Shown: in pieces, positions 61,827 to 64,000 of the stretch
Numbering within the stretch: position 1 is the first letter of the stretch
Layout of the letters: each line of letters begins with the position of its first letter
NCBI GenBank assembly: GCA_046538105.1
Contig: JBKHJO010000002.1
Coordinates: 31,730-95,729, forward strand
Reading direction: 5' to 3'
From: Anaerolineales bacterium
GTDB taxonomy: Bacteria > Chloroflexota > Anaerolineae > UBA1429
DNA length: 64,000 nt
Made by a program: the position numbers and the translations under genes
Notes under the pieces: generated by a model
The model's database searches: none
The model's input: the letters and a program-made list of their open reading frames with translations, nothing else
Told to the model about the DNA's origin: nothing

Positions 61827-61845
61827 TTATAATCTACCCTCTGAT

Positions 61846-61874
61846 TTGCACTAATAGAACATTTGTGCTATCAT
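61846..61874 (+). promoter_or_regulatory. promoter (TTGCAC-17-TATCAT) with embedded Cheo/LexA-like box AGAACATTTGTGCT
   Basis: -35 61846-51, -10 61869-74; GAAC-N4-GTGC at 61856-61869 (one mismatch from Gram-positive GAAC-N4-GTTC). Confidence 0.45.
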
Positions 61875-61938
61875 GCGGATGAAAAGGGATATCTGGGCAC
61901 ACTCTTAGGACGATAAAGGGCCGCCGAGGGGAGGAAGT

Positions 61939-63066
61939 ATGGATAGAGATCAAAAAATAGAGATCCTTGGCCGCGCCGCCCAGTACGATATCTGCCGGGG
62001 ATGTGGGACAGACAGTTCCCGCCGCCGTAACGAGATGGATCGCTGGATCTATCCGGCGGTGAGGCCGGACGGCAAGCGCGTATCCATGCTCAAGGTACTA
62101 CAGACCAACGCCTGCACCAACGATTGCGCGTACTGCGTCAATCGCAGTCGACGGGACACGCGGCGCATCAGTTTCTCCTCAGACGAGCTGGCGCGAACCT
62201 TTGACGAGATGGTCAGGGCAAACCTGGTGGAGGGGCTGTTTCTCAGTTCCGGTATATGGGGCGACGCGTCCCAGGCCATGGAACGGATGCTGGCCACAGT
62301 GGAGATGGTTCGTAAACGATACGACTTTGGGGGTTACGTGCACCTCAAGATCCTGCCCGGCGCCGACGATGCCAGCATCGAGGCGGCGGTCAGGATGGCG
62401 AACCGCGTCTCCGTCAATCTGGAAGCGCCCAATGCACAGCGCATAGGCGCCCTGAGCAAGAGGAAGGATTTCCGCAAGGAACTTCTTACCCCCCTCAAAA
62501 AAGCGGATGAGATCCGTCGTCAGCAGGATCGCCGGGTAAGCATGACCACCCAATTCGTGGTGGGCGCCGCCGACGAGACGGACCAAGAACTTGTCAGCAG
62601 TGTCGCCTGGCTGTATCGCAACCTGCATCTGGCCAGAGCGTACTATAGCGCCTTTCAACCCATCAGGGACACTCCCCTGGAGAACCACCCGGCGACGCCC
62701 ACCTGGCGCGAGCACCGCCTGTACCAGGCCGACTTTTTGCTGCGCCAGTATGGCTTTGATACCGAGGAACTCGTCTTTGACGAGGAGGGACATCTGCCCC
62801 AAGAGGCCGACCCCAAACTCCTCTGGGCCCGTCACCATCCCGAGGCATATCCCATCGAGATCAACATGGCCAGCCGCGAACATCTCCTGCGTATTCCCGG
62901 CATCGGCCCCGTATCGGCCGCCAAGATCATGAAACGCCGGCAGCAGGGAACGCTGAGAGGATTTGATCATGCGGGCATCTCGGAACCGCTAGCCCGGCGC
63001 GCCGCGCCCTTTGTCCTGTTCAACGGCAAGCGCCCCTCGTTTCAGATCTCCCTGTGGGATCGCTGA
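61939..63066 (+). CDS. radical SAM protein of the putative DNA modification/repair family (TIGR03916-like) with C-terminal helix-hairpin-helix
   Basis: 375 aa; CTNDCAYC (CxxxCxxC), extra N-terminal Cys pair DICRGCG, C-terminal HhH LLRIPGIGPVSAAKIM. Confidence 0.7.
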   Translation: MDRDQKIEILGRAAQYDICRGCGTDSSRRRNEMDRWIYPAVRPDGKRVSMLKVLQTNACTNDCAYCVNRSRRDTRRISFSSDELARTFDEMVRANLVEGLFLSSGIWGDASQAMERMLATVEMVRKRYDFGGYVHLKILPGADDASIEAAVRMANRVSVNLEAPNAQRIGALSKRKDFRKELLTPLKKADEIRRQQDRRVSMTTQFVVGAADETDQELVSSVAWLYRNLHLARAYYSAFQPIRDTPLENHPATPTWREHRLYQADFLLRQYGFDTEELVFDEEGHLPQEADPKLLWARHHPEAYPIEINMASREHLLRIPGIGPVSAAKIMKRRQQGTLRGFDHAGISEPLARRAAPFVLFNGKRPSFQISLWDR

Positions 63067-63067
63067 T

Positions 63068-64000
63068 TCAGGACTGTGACGCGTTCTCCTGATCCTCTTT
63101 CGAGGAGGTCGGATAGAGCGAGGCCCGCCCGATGGCATCGGGGCCAAATTTATTGCGGATATCGTCAAGGGCCCGATTAAGGCGTACGCGGCGCTGGTCC
63201 GACCGATCAAACAACCGAAGCTGATAACCGCTTTCCTCGACCAGGCTGCTCACCCCCACTCCCAGCAGCCGAAGAGGGCGCGTCCGTTGCCAGTTTTCGT
63301 CCAGTAGTTGTCTGGAAACCTCATCAATCACGTCGGCCCGATCTGTGGGATGCTCGAGGGTCAACTGACGCGTGAACGTCGTGAAATCCGCATAGCGCAC
63401 CTTGATCCAGATGGTCTGGGTCACCAATCCATCCCGCCGCAGCCGCGCGGCGACCTTCTCACTCATGTCCAGCATCCTGCGATGCAGGAAAGAGAGATCC
63501 ACTGTATCCTGGACAAAGGTCATCTCCTGGCTGATGGACCGTCGCCTGTGGCGGATCTGAACCTCGCTGTCGTCGATACCTCGTGCCGCCCAATAGAGTC
63601 GATGTCCCACCTTTCCAAAGGTATCGACGAGTTGCTCCTCCGTCCAGGCCGTCAGATCGCCGATGACCTCCACCCCCAGCCCCTCCAACCTGGCCGCCAT
63701 CACCTCCCCCACACCCCAGAGTTCCCTGATAGGAAGGGGGGCGAGAAACTCCTGCTCTTCACCAGGGTCTACAACCAAGAGCCCTCGTGGCTTGCCCTGG
63801 TCACAGGCGATCTTGGCCACCAATTTGCTTGTGGCGATACCCAATGACATGGGAAGATGCTCTTGTTTCGCAACCTGGCCCTGAATATGCTTCCCCAATG
63901 CCTCCGGGGATTCCCAATGACTCATACACGCGCTGACATCGAGAAAGGCCTCATCAATGGAGAGTTTTTCGACCACGGGGCTGACACCATACAGAATATC
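63068..64000 (-). CDS. dinB: DNA polymerase IV (Y-family), N-terminus beyond window edge
   Basis: LSIDEAFLDV, little-finger and HhH regions; frame stays open to position 64000; stop codon 1 nt from rSAM stop (convergent). Confidence 0.8.
   Translation of the reverse strand, partial: DILYGVSPVVEKLSIDEAFLDVSACMSHWESPEALGKHIQGQVAKQEHLPMSLGIATSKLVAKIACDQGKPRGLLVVDPGEEQEFLAPLPIRELWGVGEVMAARLEGLGVEVIGDLTAWTEEQLVDTFGKVGHRLYWAARGIDDSEVQIRHRRRSISQEMTFVQDTVDLSFLHRRMLDMSEKVAARLRRDGLVTQTIWIKVRYADFTTFTRQLTLEHPTDRADVIDEVSRQLLDENWQRTRPLRLLGVGVSSLVEESGYQLRLFDRSDQRRVRLNRALDDIRNKFGPDAIGRASLYPTSSKEDQENASQS

Noticed and set aside
1-64000. CRISPR arrays, rRNA genes, IS elements
   Set aside because: No short direct repeats with regular spacing, no rRNA-like conserved stretches, and no transposase-like ORFs were seen. 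The only repeats are codon-level Pro/Thr/Ser linker repeats inside the LysM, M23 and BNR genes.

Overview
This 64-kb window is a chromosomal segment from a high-GC, Terrabacteria-type bacterium, densely packed with housekeeping and core-metabolism genes. The gene order echoes Bacillus (yacL-gltX-cysS-rlmB and hrcA-grpE-dnaK-dnaJ-prmA-rsmE), and the regulatory signals are also Gram-positive/Chloroflexi-like: CIRCE/HrcA operators and a Cheo-type LexA box. This taxonomic placement is an inference; I cannot name the organism from the sequence. I support about 58 protein genes, two tRNAs (tRNA-Gln-CTG on +, tRNA-Leu-CAA on -), several sigma-A-like promoters and several rho-independent terminators. 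There is no rRNA, no CRISPR array and no recognisable transposon, integrase or prophage. The main coding blocks are:
- tRNA synthetases gltX and cysS
- the HrcA/CIRCE-controlled chaperone operon
- PRPP synthetase
- a split methylmalonyl-CoA mutase cluster (mutase, epimerase, B12 subunit, MeaB)
- scpA
- an Opp/Dpp-type peptide ABC transporter carrying two substrate-binding proteins
- three ECF sigma / anti-sigma pairs, one downstream of an intramembrane-sensing two-component system
- a second EF-G paralog followed by trmFO, an M28 peptidase, a DapL-like aminotransferase and hflX
- a stand-alone AICAR transformylase
- a ~1060-aa BNR/beta-propeller lipoprotein
- uxuA, class II fba and glyA
- a tungsten-type aldehyde:ferredoxin oxidoreductase
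- azlCD
- a TIGR03916-like radical-SAM DNA repair gene convergent with dinB.
I did not find a convincing novel multi-gene system such as a defence island. The most unusual features are regulatory or structural. A LexA-like operator sits inside the radical-SAM gene promoter. Tandem CIRCE operators precede hrcA. An 18-nt duplicated start region lies at one ECF sigma gene. A 50-nt perfect palindrome and a structured leader flank the second EF-G. A hairpin plus U9 sits immediately upstream of the glyA ribosome-binding site. hflX lacks a canonical start codon for its N-terminus. All of these need computational or experimental checks, which are stated with each finding.
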